Shown: positions 10,158 through 22,144 of the stretch, piece by piece
Position numbering within the stretch: position 1 is the first letter of the stretch
Layout: each line of letters begins with the position of its first letter
Origin: an uncultured delta proteobacterium
Lineage (GTDB): Bacteria; Myxococcota; Myxococcia; Myxococcales; Anaeromyxobacteraceae
DNA length: 64,000 nucleotides
Reading direction: 5' to 3'
NCBI GenBank assembly: GCA_963814585.1
Contig: CAWFDF010000003.1
Coordinates: 448,001 to 512,000 of the forward strand
Made by a program: the position numbers and the translations under genes
The notes under the pieces: generated by a model
Told to the model about the DNA's origin: nothing
Databases searched by the model: none
What the model saw: only the letters and a program-made list of their open reading frames with translations

Positions 10158-10489
10158 GTGCAGGTCCTCCTGCGGCGATGTGCCGCCATGCTAGGCACGC
10201 GCGCAGCGAGATCGAAAGGGGCGATTGCCGGCCTGGGCGGCTTGATGGGAGACGCGGTGCGGCATGGCGCGGCCGCGTGCGGCCCGGGCCGGCCCCGCTC
10301 CCGCGGGAGCCCAGGCCTCCGGCGAGCCGCTGGCCGGATCGGGCGGGGGCGGCTCCCGGGCGCGCCGCCCTCCCACGTCGGCGGTGGGTCCAGATCCCCC
10401 GGACAGGGGCCCGTTCCCCGGGTAAGCTACCGGTCGTCCCGCTCGAGCCATCCGTCCGGCCACACGACCCAGCATCCCGGGAGCCCCGC

Positions 10490-11461
10490 ATGCGCCGCCT
10501 CCTCGCCGCCCTCGCCCTCACCGCGTTCGCCGCCCTCCCCGCCGCCTCGCCCGCGCTGGAGGTGGTCCGGCTCGGCAACCTCAAGTTCGCCCACTACGGG
10601 GCCGTCTCCAACATGAAGGAGGTCTGCAAGAAGTACGGCCTCGACGTGCAGGAGACCGTCTTCCCCAAGGGCATCGACATCTTCCCGGCCCTGGTGAAGG
10701 GCGAGGTGGACCTGGCCGCCTCGGCCGCCGACGCCGCCATCGCCAACCGCACCGGCGGCGGGAAGGTCTACGTGGTGGCCGGCTTCGCCAGGGGCGGCGC
10801 CCGGATGGTCTCGCGCGCCGACCTGGCGCTGAAGACGGCGGCGCAGCTCAAGGGCCGCAAGGTGGGCGTGGCCCGCGGCGGCGCCCAGGAGCTGTTGCTG
10901 CTCGCCGAGCTGGCCAAGGCCGGCCTGACCTGGTCGGACAAGGAGGGCAAGGACGTCCAGATCGTCTACCTGCCCTTCGCCGACCTGAACCAGGCGCTGC
11001 TGCAGAAGCAGATCGACGCCATGTGCCAGTCCGAGCCGCAGTCGTCGCAGGCCATCAACAAGGGCTTCGGCGCGGAGATGTTCAAGCCCTACGACACGCC
11101 GCTCGGCGAGCCGGTGCGGGTGCTGGTGATGACCGAGAAGCTCTACCGCGAGAAGCCGGCGGTGGCGCAGAAGGTGCTGGAGTGCTTCGTCGACTCGACC
11201 CGCGCCTTCATCCAGGATCCCAGGGCGGCGGAGAAGTTCGTGGTGGAGCAGATGTTCAAGGGCCAGATCACCGCGGTCGACTTCCAGGACGCCATCGCCA
11301 ACTCGCCCTACAGCTACGACGTCACCGTCGAGCACATCCAGGTCACCACCGACCTGATGGTGAAGTACGGGGTGGGCAAGCTGGCCAACCCGCCCAGGGC
11401 GGCCGACTGGGTGAAGCTGGACCTGCTCCAGCAGGCCAAGGCCAAGCTGGGCGTGAAGTAG
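10490..11461 (+). CDS. NitT/TauT (SsuA/TauA-like) ABC transporter substrate-binding protein
   Basis: Signal peptide MRRLLAALALTAFAALPAA, ALVKGEVDLA and LKGRKVGVARG. Upstream of the permease and ATPase. Confidence 0.85.
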   Translation: MRRLLAALALTAFAALPAASPALEVVRLGNLKFAHYGAVSNMKEVCKKYGLDVQETVFPKGIDIFPALVKGEVDLAASAADAAIANRTGGGKVYVVAGFARGGARMVSRADLALKTAAQLKGRKVGVARGGAQELLLLAELAKAGLTWSDKEGKDVQIVYLPFADLNQALLQKQIDAMCQSEPQSSQAINKGFGAEMFKPYDTPLGEPVRVLVMTEKLYREKPAVAQKVLECFVDSTRAFIQDPRAAEKFVVEQMFKGQITAVDFQDAIANSPYSYDVTVEHIQVTTDLMVKYGVGKLANPPRAADWVKLDLLQQAKAKLGVK

Positions 11462-11468
11462 CGGCGCG

Positions 11469-12284
11469 ATGGGGAGCGCGGCGCGGCTGGTCCGATCGCT
11501 GGCGGTGCCGGTCACGCTGCTGCTGGCGTGGGAGGGGATCTCCCTGGCCGGCTGGGTGACGCCGCTCATCCTGCCCTCACCGACGGCGGTGGCGGTCCGC
11601 TGGTGGGCCTACCTCACCCCCCTGGAGCCCTTCGCGGCCGAGGCCGGGCCCTGGTGGCGCTGGGCCATCTCCGGCGAGCTCCCCCACGACGTCTTCACCT
11701 CGCTGATGCGCATCGCGGTCGGCTTCGGCATCGGGGCCGGGCTGGCGCTCCCGCTCGGCCTGGTCATGGGCGCCCGCCCGCTGGTCTACGAGCTCTTCAA
11801 CCCGGTGCTGCAGGTGCTGCGGCCCATCCCGCCCATCGCCTACATCCCGCTCGCCATCCTCTGGTTCGGCCTCGGCAACCCGCCCGCCTTCTTCCTCATC
11901 TCGCTGGGCGCCTTCTTCCCGGTGCTGATGAACACCATCGCCGGGGTCCGGTCCGTCGACGCCATCTACCTGCGCGCGGCGCGCAACCTGGGCGCCGGCG
12001 AGGGGACGCTCTTCTGGCGGGTGATGATCCCGGCCGCCATGCCCTACATCCTCACCGGCATCCGCGTCGGCATCGGCGTGGCCTTCATCGTGGTCATCGT
12101 GGCCGAGATGATCGCGGTGAACACCGGGCTCGGCTACCGCATCCTCGAGGCCCGCGAGTACTTCTGGTCGGACAAGGTGATCGCCGGGATGATCACCATC
12201 GGCCTGTGCGGCCTCGGCATCGACCTGGGCATGAGCCGGCTCAACGGCTGGCTGCTGCGCTGGCACCGCGGGGTGGAAGGGTGA
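11469..12284 (+). CDS. NitT/TauT ABC transporter permease
   Basis: LRPIPPIAYIPLAILWFG, EAA-like loop YLRAARNLGA, IVAEMI...GLGY. Confidence 0.9.
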   Translation: MGSAARLVRSLAVPVTLLLAWEGISLAGWVTPLILPSPTAVAVRWWAYLTPLEPFAAEAGPWWRWAISGELPHDVFTSLMRIAVGFGIGAGLALPLGLVMGARPLVYELFNPVLQVLRPIPPIAYIPLAILWFGLGNPPAFFLISLGAFFPVLMNTIAGVRSVDAIYLRAARNLGAGEGTLFWRVMIPAAMPYILTGIRVGIGVAFIVVIVAEMIAVNTGLGYRILEAREYFWSDKVIAGMITIGLCGLGIDLGMSRLNGWLLRWHRGVEG

Positions 12285-13081
12285 CCGCCGTCGCGCCGGC
12301 CATCCGTGCCCGCGGCGTCCGCAAGGTCTTCTCCACCGGCGGGCGGGAGGTGGTGGCGCTCGACGGCATCGACCTCGAGGTGGCGCCGGGCGAGCTGGTC
12401 TGCTTGCTCGGCCCCTCCGGCTGCGGGAAGTCGACGCTGCTCAACGCCATCGCCGGCTTCTCCCTGCCCAGCTCCGGCGAGCTGACCGCGCTGGGGAGGA
12501 CGGTCACCGGCCCCGGCCCGGAGCGGGCCATGGTCTTCCAGGAGTACGCCCTCTTCCCCTGGATGACCGTGGAGCGCAACGTCGCCTTCGGGCTGGAGGT
12601 GGCCGGCGCGGCCCCGGATCGCATCGCCTCGGTGGTCGGCGCGCTGCTGGCCAAGCTCGGCCTCGGCGACTTCCGCGACCGCTACCCCAAGGACCTCTCC
12701 GGCGGCATGCGGCAGCGGGTGGCCATCGCCCGCGTGCTGGCCATCGACTCGCCCATGCTGCTCATGGACGAGCCGTTCGGCGCCCTCGACGCCCTCACCC
12801 GCCGCTCCCTGCAGGACGAGCTGCTGCGCATCTGGGCCGAGCTGAGGAAGACCATCGTCTTCGTCACCCACGGCATCGAGGAGTCGATCTACCTGGCCGA
12901 CCGGGTGGTGGTGATGACCTACCGCCCCGGCACGGTGAAGCGGATCATCCCGGTGACGCTGCCGCGCCCGCGCGATCCGGCCAGCCCGGAGTTCAACGCG
13001 CTCAAGCGCGAGGTCACGGCGCTGGTGATGGAGGAGCAGGCCCGTCACCAGGCCGACGAGGCGCGCGCCACGGCGGACTGA
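12281..13081 (+). CDS. NitT/TauT ABC transporter ATP-binding protein
   Basis: Walker A GPSGCGKST, LSGGMRQRVAIAR, LLMDEPFGALD and FVTH. GTG start overlaps the permease stop. Confidence 0.92.
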   Translation: MTAVAPAIRARGVRKVFSTGGREVVALDGIDLEVAPGELVCLLGPSGCGKSTLLNAIAGFSLPSSGELTALGRTVTGPGPERAMVFQEYALFPWMTVERNVAFGLEVAGAAPDRIASVVGALLAKLGLGDFRDRYPKDLSGGMRQRVAIARVLAIDSPMLLMDEPFGALDALTRRSLQDELLRIWAELRKTIVFVTHGIEESIYLADRVVVMTYRPGTVKRIIPVTLPRPRDPASPEFNALKREVTALVMEEQARHQADEARATAD

Positions 13082-13149
13082 AGCGGCCGGATCCGGCCGG
13101 CCCGGCTCGCTTGCCGTTCCGGCTGATGTCGCACTTCGAGGAGGATGCC

Positions 13150-13509
13150 ATGCTCCGTGGTCTCGCCGTGCTGCTCGCGTTCCAGCTGGCCGGGGAGGTG
13201 CTGGGCCACCTCCTCTCCCTGCCCGTCCCCGGCCCGGTGGTGGGCATGGTGCTCCTGCTCGCGGCGCTGGAGCTGCGCCTTCCCCAGCGGGACGGGCTGC
13301 GGGCCGCCTCCGGCGGCCTGCTGGCCGTGCTGTCGCTGCTCTTCGTGCCCGCCGGGGTGGGCGTCGTGCAGCACCTGCCGCGCCTGGCCGCCGAGTGGCC
13401 GGCCCTGGGGGCGGCGCTGCTCGTCAGCACCGCGGCCACCCTGGCCGTCACCGGCTGGGTCGCCGCCCGCCTGCTGCGCCGGCCCGCGGCCGGCGGGGAG
13501 CGGGCATGA
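13150..13509 (+). CDS. cidA: CidA/LrgA family membrane protein
   Basis: LLAFQLAGE...LPVPGPVVGMVLL...LLFVPAGVGV. Confidence 0.85.
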   Translation: MLRGLAVLLAFQLAGEVLGHLLSLPVPGPVVGMVLLLAALELRLPQRDGLRAASGGLLAVLSLLFVPAGVGVVQHLPRLAAEWPALGAALLVSTAATLAVTGWVAARLLRRPAAGGERA

Positions 13510-14228
13510 GCTCGCGACTCGCCGAGACCTGGGTCTACCTGGCCCAGAGCCCGCTCCTCTGGCTGGCCCTCACGGTGGTCACCTACTCGGGCGGCGAGGC
13601 GCTCTACCGGCGCCTCGGCCGCCACCCGCTGGTCCACCCCGTGCTCACCTCGGTGGTCACCCTGGTGGCGCTGCTGCTCGCCAGCCGGACGCCCTACCCG
13701 CGCTTCTTCGAGGGGGCCCAGTTCATCCACTTCCTGCTCGGGCCGGGCATCGTGGCGCTGGCCGTCCCCCTCCACCGCGAGCTGCACCGCGAGCGGGCGC
13801 TGGCGCTGCCGCTCTCGGCGTCGCTGCTGGCCGGCTCGGTGACCGCGGTGGTGACGGCGGTCCTCACCGCGCGGCTCCTCGGCGCCTCGCACGAGACGCT
13901 GCTGTCGCTCGCCCCCAAGTCGGCCACCGCGCCGGTGGCCATGGGGATCGCCGAGAAGCTGGGCGGGCTGCCCTCGCTGGCGGCGTCGCTGGTGCTCCTC
14001 ACCGGCGTGCTCGGCGCCGTCATCGGCCCGCCCCTGCTGCGCCGCCTGCGGGTCACCGACCCGGCGGCCACCGGCTTCGCGCTCGGCGTGGCCTCGCACG
14101 GGCTGGGCACGGCCCGCGCCTTCGAGCTGGGGGAGACGGCCGGCGCCTTCTCCGGCCTGGGCATGGGGCTCAACGCGCTGGCGACCTCGATCCTGGTGCC
14201 GCCGCTGGTGGGGTGGTTGATGAGGTAG
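13506..14228 (+). CDS. lrgB: LrgB/CidB family membrane protein
   Basis: LLGPGIVALAVPL, SLAPKSATAPVAMGI and GVASHGLGTARA. ATG overlaps the cidA stop. Confidence 0.88.
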   Translation: MSSRLAETWVYLAQSPLLWLALTVVTYSGGEALYRRLGRHPLVHPVLTSVVTLVALLLASRTPYPRFFEGAQFIHFLLGPGIVALAVPLHRELHRERALALPLSASLLAGSVTAVVTAVLTARLLGASHETLLSLAPKSATAPVAMGIAEKLGGLPSLAASLVLLTGVLGAVIGPPLLRRLRVTDPAATGFALGVASHGLGTARAFELGETAGAFSGLGMGLNALATSILVPPLVGWLMR

Positions 14229-14268
14229 GTCGCGGGTGGTGCCGGTGGGTGGCGCCGACGGCCGGGCA

Positions 14269-14415
14269 CGCGCTGGCGGTCATGGACCAGCGCTGGCCGA
14301 TGGCGAGCGAGAGGCGCGGCGAGGGGCTGCGTGGACGGGCGCGCGCTGGCGGACATGGACCGGCGCTGGTCGATGGCGAGCGAGAGGCGCGGCGAGGGGG
14401 CTGCGTGGACGGGCG
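14269..14415. repeat. Two near-identical 73/74-bp direct tandem repeats
   Basis: CGCGCTGGCGG(T/A)CATGGACC(A/G)GCGCTGG(C/T)CGATGGCGAGCGAGAGGCGCGGCGAGGGG(G)CTGCGTGGACGGGCG begins at 14269 and again at 14342. Confidence 0.92.
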
Positions 14416-14457
14416 GTGCCGCGAAGGGCGCGACCGGTGCATTGCGCTGGCGTGGAC

Positions 14458-14547
14458 GTGGCGGTGGCGGTGGCGGTGGCGGTGGCGGTGGCGGTGGCGG
14501 TGGCGGTGGCGGTGGCGGTGGCGGTGGCGGTGGCGGTGGCGGTGGCG
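14458..14547. repeat. Perfect hexanucleotide microsatellite (GTGGCG)15
   Basis: Counted directly: 90 bp, 15 uninterrupted units. Confidence 0.95.
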
Positions 14548-14637
14548 GAGCTGCCCTTGCTCGGCGTGGTCGTCAAGAGTCGGCGGCGCAGAATGGGCGT
14601 CCCTATTGGGTTTCATGCCCTTCCGCCGCCCCGAGAA

Positions 14638-14659
14638 TGTCAGACCCGCGTGAGACGAT
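14638..14659 (+). promoter_or_regulatory. Putative WYL-activator (PafBC/RecA-NDp-like) promoter of the HNH gene
   Basis: TGTCAG-N10-GACGAT, then 6 nt, then ATG at 14666. Same geometry as the mycobacterial TGTCGG-N10-TAnnnT motif. Confidence 0.45.
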
Positions 14660-14665
14660 CCGTGA

Positions 14666-15949
14666 ATGCTCGCCACCGCCCATCCGACCCCGTCCTCGGC
14701 CGCGGCTCTCGCTCACGCTCCGGCCACCCCCGCTCTCGAGCTCCTGGAAGCACGGCAGCAGCGTGATGCCCTGAAGGCCCTCCTGCGGAGGGAGCAGGCC
14801 GCCATGGCGGACTTCCTCATCGCGCTGGCCGACTTCGACGCCCACCGCGGCTGGGAGGCGCTGGGCCACGCCAACCTCTTCGCATTCATCAACGCCGAGC
14901 TGGGACTTTCGCCGGACCCGACCTACTGGCGGCAGGAGGCGGCGCGCCTGCTCCGGCGGTTCCCGGACCTCGTCGAGCCCCTCCGGCGGGGCGTGATCTG
15001 CCTCACCACGATGGCCGAGCTTGCCAAGGTGCTGACCGAGGAGAACAAGGAGTCGGTCCTACCTCGCTTCCTCGGTATCTCCTCGCGGGAGGCCAAGGAG
15101 ATCGTGGTCGAGCTGCGGCCCCGCGAGGCACCGGCCACGCGAACCGTGGTGACGCGCCTGCCGAGAGCGGAGCCGGTCTCGACTGACGTCGTCCACCGTG
15201 GCTCCTACCCATCGACGGTCGAAGCCTCACCGCCCTGTCCGGCGCCAGCGGCCGTGTCCCAGCCGGCCCTCTCGCAGCCCACCCCGACGGGAGCCCCTCC
15301 TTCGCAACTTTGGGCGCCCAAAGTGGATTTCGGGGGAGTCGCCGGGCCGGTCGCCAGGCGCGATGAGATCGAGCCGCTCTCGATGGACCGGAGCCGGCTC
15401 CACGTCAGCGTCAGCCGCCAGTTCACGAGGAAGCTGGAGACGGCGCGCCGGGGCCTCGGCCATACCATCCCACACGCCACCATCGAGCAAGCGCTGGAGG
15501 CGGCGCTCGACCTGCTCCTCGAGAAGCAGGCCAGGGCGCGAGGGCAGGCGAGGCGACCGCGGGCCACTCTCCCCGCCACGGCGTCCCCCGACGATGGTGC
15601 TGGTGCAAGATCCGACCGGGACGGCCGCGGAGTGTTGGCCGCATCCGCAGCACCGCTGGAGCTCCCGCACTCTCCGCCGCCCCCCGCACGGCGTACGGGC
15701 TCGCGCGCCGCCATCCCGGCCGCGGTGAAGCGCGCGGTCTGGCAGCGCGACGGTGGCCGCTGCTCCTGGCCGCTCGACTCGAGCGGCGTCTGCGGCTCCA
15801 CGCAGCGGCTGGAGTTCGATCACGTCAAGCCGTGGGCGCGCCATGGTGAGCCGACCGTCGCGAATCTCCGGGTCGTCTGCCGCGCCCACAACGCCGTGGC
15901 GGCGCGCCGGGAGTTCGGGGCCCACTGCGTGGACCGCTACGCCGGCTAG
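14666..15949 (+). CDS. HNH endonuclease (DUF222/REP13E12-like architecture)
   Basis: C-terminal IPAAVKRAVWQRDGGRCSW...CGSTQRLEFDHVKPWARHGEPTVANLRVVCRAHN, with a helical N-terminal region and a Pro-rich linker. Confidence 0.88.
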   Translation: MLATAHPTPSSAAALAHAPATPALELLEARQQRDALKALLRREQAAMADFLIALADFDAHRGWEALGHANLFAFINAELGLSPDPTYWRQEAARLLRRFPDLVEPLRRGVICLTTMAELAKVLTEENKESVLPRFLGISSREAKEIVVELRPREAPATRTVVTRLPRAEPVSTDVVHRGSYPSTVEASPPCPAPAAVSQPALSQPTPTGAPPSQLWAPKVDFGGVAGPVARRDEIEPLSMDRSRLHVSVSRQFTRKLETARRGLGHTIPHATIEQALEAALDLLLEKQARARGQARRPRATLPATASPDDGAGARSDRDGRGVLAASAAPLELPHSPPPPARRTGSRAAIPAAVKRAVWQRDGGRCSWPLDSSGVCGSTQRLEFDHVKPWARHGEPTVANLRVVCRAHNAVAARREFGAHCVDRYAG

Positions 15950-16106
15950 GCGGCGACCTGGCCTGAGGCGCGCCAGCGGCGATCGCCACCGACCCCTGTT
16001 TCGCCTCCAGGACGAAGTGGCCTCCTTGTAGAGGTCCGGATCCACAAGCGACCGCTGACCTCCCCGCCCTACCGCTCCGGCGCCGGGCGGGACTAGACTC
16101 CGCCGC

Positions 16107-16853
16107 ATGCCGAAGGTCGCGCTCTTCGTTCCCTGCTACGTCGACCAGCTCTACCCGCAGGTGGCCGTGGCCACGCTCCGGCTCCTCGAGCGCCACGGCT
16201 GCACCGTCGAGTTCCCCGAGGCCCAGACCTGCTGCGGGCAGCCCATGTCCAACTCGGGCGAGGCGGCCGCTGCGGCGCCGCTGTGCGCCCACTTCCTCGA
16301 CACCTTCCGGGGCCACGAGTACGTGGTGGCGCCCAGCGGGAGCTGCGTCGGCATGGTGCGCCACCAGTTCCCCGGCCTGGTGCCGGACCACCCGGCGCTC
16401 GAGCAGGTCCGGAGCGCCACCTTCGAGCTCTGCGAGTTCCTCCACGACGTCCTCGGCGTGCGCCAGGTGGCCGGGCGCTTCCCCCGCACCGTCGGCCTGC
16501 ACCGCAGCTGCCACGCCCAGCGGGAGCTGCGCCTCGCCAGCGGCAGCGAGCGGCAGGTGGCGCCTTTCGACAAGGTGAAGACGCTGCTCGGCTCGCTCGA
16601 CGGCATCAGGCTGGTGGAGCCGGCCCGCGGCGACGAGTGCTGCGGCTTCGGCGGCACCTTCGCGGTCGCGGAGGAGGCGGTCTCCTGCCTGATGGGGCGC
16701 GACCGGCTCGACGAGCACGCCCGCGCCGGCGCCGAGGTGATCACCGGCGTCGACATGAGCTGCCTGATGCACCTGGAGGGGCTGGCCCGGCGCGAGGGGC
16801 GCCCGGTCCGCATCCTCCACGCCGCCGAGGTGCTGCTCGGGGAGGCGGCCTGA
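16107..16853 (+). CDS. lutA: L-lactate utilization protein A (CCG-domain Fe-S)
   Basis: LFVPCYVDQLYP, QTCCGQP, PSGSC, ECCGFGGTFAV and DMSCLMHL. Confidence 0.9.
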   Translation: MPKVALFVPCYVDQLYPQVAVATLRLLERHGCTVEFPEAQTCCGQPMSNSGEAAAAAPLCAHFLDTFRGHEYVVAPSGSCVGMVRHQFPGLVPDHPALEQVRSATFELCEFLHDVLGVRQVAGRFPRTVGLHRSCHAQRELRLASGSERQVAPFDKVKTLLGSLDGIRLVEPARGDECCGFGGTFAVAEEAVSCLMGRDRLDEHARAGAEVITGVDMSCLMHLEGLARREGRPVRILHAAEVLLGEAA

Positions 16854-16858
16854 CCCAC

Positions 16859-18244
16859 ATGGCGCACCTCACCACCCTCACCCACCCCCAGGCCGCCGCC
16901 CGCTTCGCCGCCGACGCGCCGCGCGCCCGCTGGCACGACGAGGCGCTCTGGTTCGTGCGCGTCAAGCGCGACCGGGCCGCCGCCCAGGTGCCGGAGTGGG
17001 AGCGGCTCCGGGAGCTGGCCCAGGCCATCAAGGCCCACGCCCTCGCCGACCTCCCCGCCCTCCTCGAGCAGTTCGAGCGGAACGCCACCGCCGCCGGCGC
17101 CACCGTCCACTGGGCCCGCGACGCCGAGGAGCACAACCGCATCGTCCACGGCCTGCTGGCCGAGCGCGGCGTGACCCGGCTGGTGAAGTCGAAGTCGATG
17201 CTCACCGAGGAGTGCGGCCTCAACCCCTTCCTCGAGGCCCGAGGCGTCGAGGTGGTGGACACCGACCTCGGCGAGCGGATCGTCCAGTTCCGCGGCGAGC
17301 CGCCCAGCCACATCGTCCTCCCGGCCATCCACATCAAGAAGGAGGAGATCGGCGAGCTCTTCCACGACAAGCTCGGCACCGCGGCCGGCGCCTCGGACCC
17401 CAGGTACCTGACCGAGGCGGCGCGCGGCCACCTGCGCCAGAAGTTCCTCGCCGCCCAGGCCGGCCTCACCGGCGTGAACTTCGCGGTGGCCGACACCGGC
17501 GCGGTGGTGGTCTGCACCAACGAGGGGAACGCCGACATGGGGACCTCGCTGCCGCCGCTCCACGTCGCCTGCATGGGGCTGGAGAAGATCGTGCCGCGCG
17601 CCGAGGACCTGGGCGTCTTCCTGCGGCTGCTGGCCCGCTCCGCCACCGGCCAGCCGGTCACCACCTACTCGACCCACTTCCTCGGGCCCCGCCCCGGCTC
17701 GGAGCTCCACGTCGTCATCGTCGACAACGGTCGCAGCGCCCTGCTGGGCCGCGATCCCTACCGGCGCGCCCTCTCCTGCATCCGCTGCGGCGCCTGCATG
17801 AACACCTGCCCGGTGTTCAGGCGCTCGGGCGGCCACAGCTACGGGGTCACCGTGCCCGGCCCCATCGGCTCGGTGCTGGCCCCGGCCATCGACCCGGCCG
17901 CCCACGCCTCGCTCCCCTTCGCCTCCACCCTGTGCGGCTCCTGCGCCGACGTCTGCCCGGTCCGCATCGACCTGCACCACCAGCTGCTGGCCTGGCGCCG
18001 CGACCTGGCCGCGGCCGGCCACGTCCCGGCCGGGAAGCGGCTGGCGCTCCGCCTCGCCGCCTGGATCCTCGCCTCGCCCGGCCGCTACGCCCTGGCCGGG
18101 CGGCTGGCGCGCCTCGCGCTCCGGGTGGCGCCGGCCGGGCTCATGTCGAGGCTGGCCGGCCCGTGGGGACGCCAGCGCGAGCTGCCGGTGGCCCCGGCCG
18201 AGAGCTTCCGCGATCGGTACCGGAGGACGCATGGCCGCCCGTGA
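16859..18244 (+). CDS. lutB: L-lactate utilization protein B (LutB/LldF)
   Basis: VKSKSMLTEE, TDLGERIVQ, PSHIVLPAIH, TNEGN, LARSATGQ, CIRCGACMNTCPV and STLCGSCADVCPV. Confidence 0.93.
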   Translation: MAHLTTLTHPQAAARFAADAPRARWHDEALWFVRVKRDRAAAQVPEWERLRELAQAIKAHALADLPALLEQFERNATAAGATVHWARDAEEHNRIVHGLLAERGVTRLVKSKSMLTEECGLNPFLEARGVEVVDTDLGERIVQFRGEPPSHIVLPAIHIKKEEIGELFHDKLGTAAGASDPRYLTEAARGHLRQKFLAAQAGLTGVNFAVADTGAVVVCTNEGNADMGTSLPPLHVACMGLEKIVPRAEDLGVFLRLLARSATGQPVTTYSTHFLGPRPGSELHVVIVDNGRSALLGRDPYRRALSCIRCGACMNTCPVFRRSGGHSYGVTVPGPIGSVLAPAIDPAAHASLPFASTLCGSCADVCPVRIDLHHQLLAWRRDLAAAGHVPAGKRLALRLAAWILASPGRYALAGRLARLALRVAPAGLMSRLAGPWGRQRELPVAPAESFRDRYRRTHGRP

Positions 18245-18824
18245 GGAGATCCTGGCGGCGCTGCGGCGCAGCGCCCGGCCCGGCGCGCCGCGCCCGGTGC
18301 TCGACGGCGTGGGCGCCCGCTTCCCGGACCTGCCGGCGCGCTTCGCCGATGGGGTCGCGGCCGTCGGGGGCACCCTGCTCCGGATCCCGGACCTGGTCGC
18401 GGCCGACGCCGCGCTGCGCGCGCTCCCCGTGCACCGGGAGGCGCGGCGGATGGTCTCTCTGGTCGACGGCGTCGGCGCCTCCACGGTCGACGCGGCCGCG
18501 GTGAAGGACCCGCACCAGCTCGAGGGGCTCGACCTGGTGGTCCTTCCCGGCGCGCTGGCGGTGGCGGAGAACGGGGCCGTCTGGATCGAGGGGGGGCGGC
18601 TGCCGCACCACGCCCTGGTGGTGATCCCCGAGCACCTGGCGGTGGTGGTGCCGGCCGCCGACGTCGTCCCCGACCTCCACGCCGCCTACGCCCGGCTGGA
18701 TCTCGCCGGCCGGCCGCGCTGGGGGCTCTTCCTGGCCGGGCCCTCCAAGACCGCCGACATCGAGCAGTCGCTGGTGATCGGCGCCCACGGCGCCCGCAGC
18801 CTCACCGTGCTGCTGGTCGGCTGA
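18231..18824 (+). CDS. lutC: L-lactate utilization protein C (LUD domain)
   Basis: AVAENGAVW and AGPSKTADIEQSLVIGAHGA. Confidence 0.9.
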   Translation: MAAREEILAALRRSARPGAPRPVLDGVGARFPDLPARFADGVAAVGGTLLRIPDLVAADAALRALPVHREARRMVSLVDGVGASTVDAAAVKDPHQLEGLDLVVLPGALAVAENGAVWIEGGRLPHHALVVIPEHLAVVVPAADVVPDLHAAYARLDLAGRPRWGLFLAGPSKTADIEQSLVIGAHGARSLTVLLVG

Positions 18825-18839
18825 CGGAGGCCACGGACC

Positions 18840-21662
<2,823 letters not shown>

Positions 21663-21673
21663 GGAGCGCCGCC

Positions 21674-22144
21674 ATGCACCCGAACGCCCGGCTGATCAGC
21701 GCCTTCTACGCGGCCCTCGACGCCCACGACGCCGGCCGGATGTCCGCCTGCTACGCGGAGGACGTGGCCTTCTCGGATCCGGTCTTCCCCCGCCTCCGGG
21801 GCGACGAGGCCCGCGCCATGTGGCGCATGCTCTGCGAGCGCGGCAGGGACCTGCGGGTGGCGGCCAGCCGGATCGAGGCCGGCGACGCCAGCGGGAGCGC
21901 CCACTGGGTCGCCGACTACACGTTCTCGGCCACCGGCCGGCCGGTCTGCAACCGCATCGACGCCCGCTTCGTCTTCCGCGACGGGAAGATCGTCGAGCAC
22001 ACCGACGCCTTCGACCTGTGGCGCTGGGCCGGCATGGCGCTCGGCCTGAAGGGAAGCCTGCTCGGCTGGCTCCCCCCGGTGCAGGCGTCGATCCGCCGGC
22101 AGGCCGACGCCAGCCTGCGAGCCTTCATCGAGAAGCGAGGATGA
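21674..22144 (+). CDS. SnoaL/NTF2-like family protein
   Basis: FYAALDAHDAGRMSACYAEDVAFSDPVF...FRDGKIVEHTDAFD. Confidence 0.8.
   Translation: MHPNARLISAFYAALDAHDAGRMSACYAEDVAFSDPVFPRLRGDEARAMWRMLCERGRDLRVAASRIEAGDASGSAHWVADYTFSATGRPVCNRIDARFVFRDGKIVEHTDAFDLWRWAGMALGLKGSLLGWLPPVQASIRRQADASLRAFIEKRG

Noticed and set aside
14269..14415. Possible CRISPR-like array
   Set aside because: Only two contiguous 73-bp units, no unique spacers and no cas genes.
14170..14774. ORFs with poly-G, poly-VA, poly-AT, poly-HR and poly-WR tracts
   Set aside because: All are translations of the (GTGGCG)15 microsatellite in different frames, with no coding signal.
16016..16050. LldR/LutR (FadR-type) operator upstream of lutA
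   Set aside because: AGGTCCGGATCCAC only weakly resembles TGGT-N3-ACCA, and no regulator gene is nearby.
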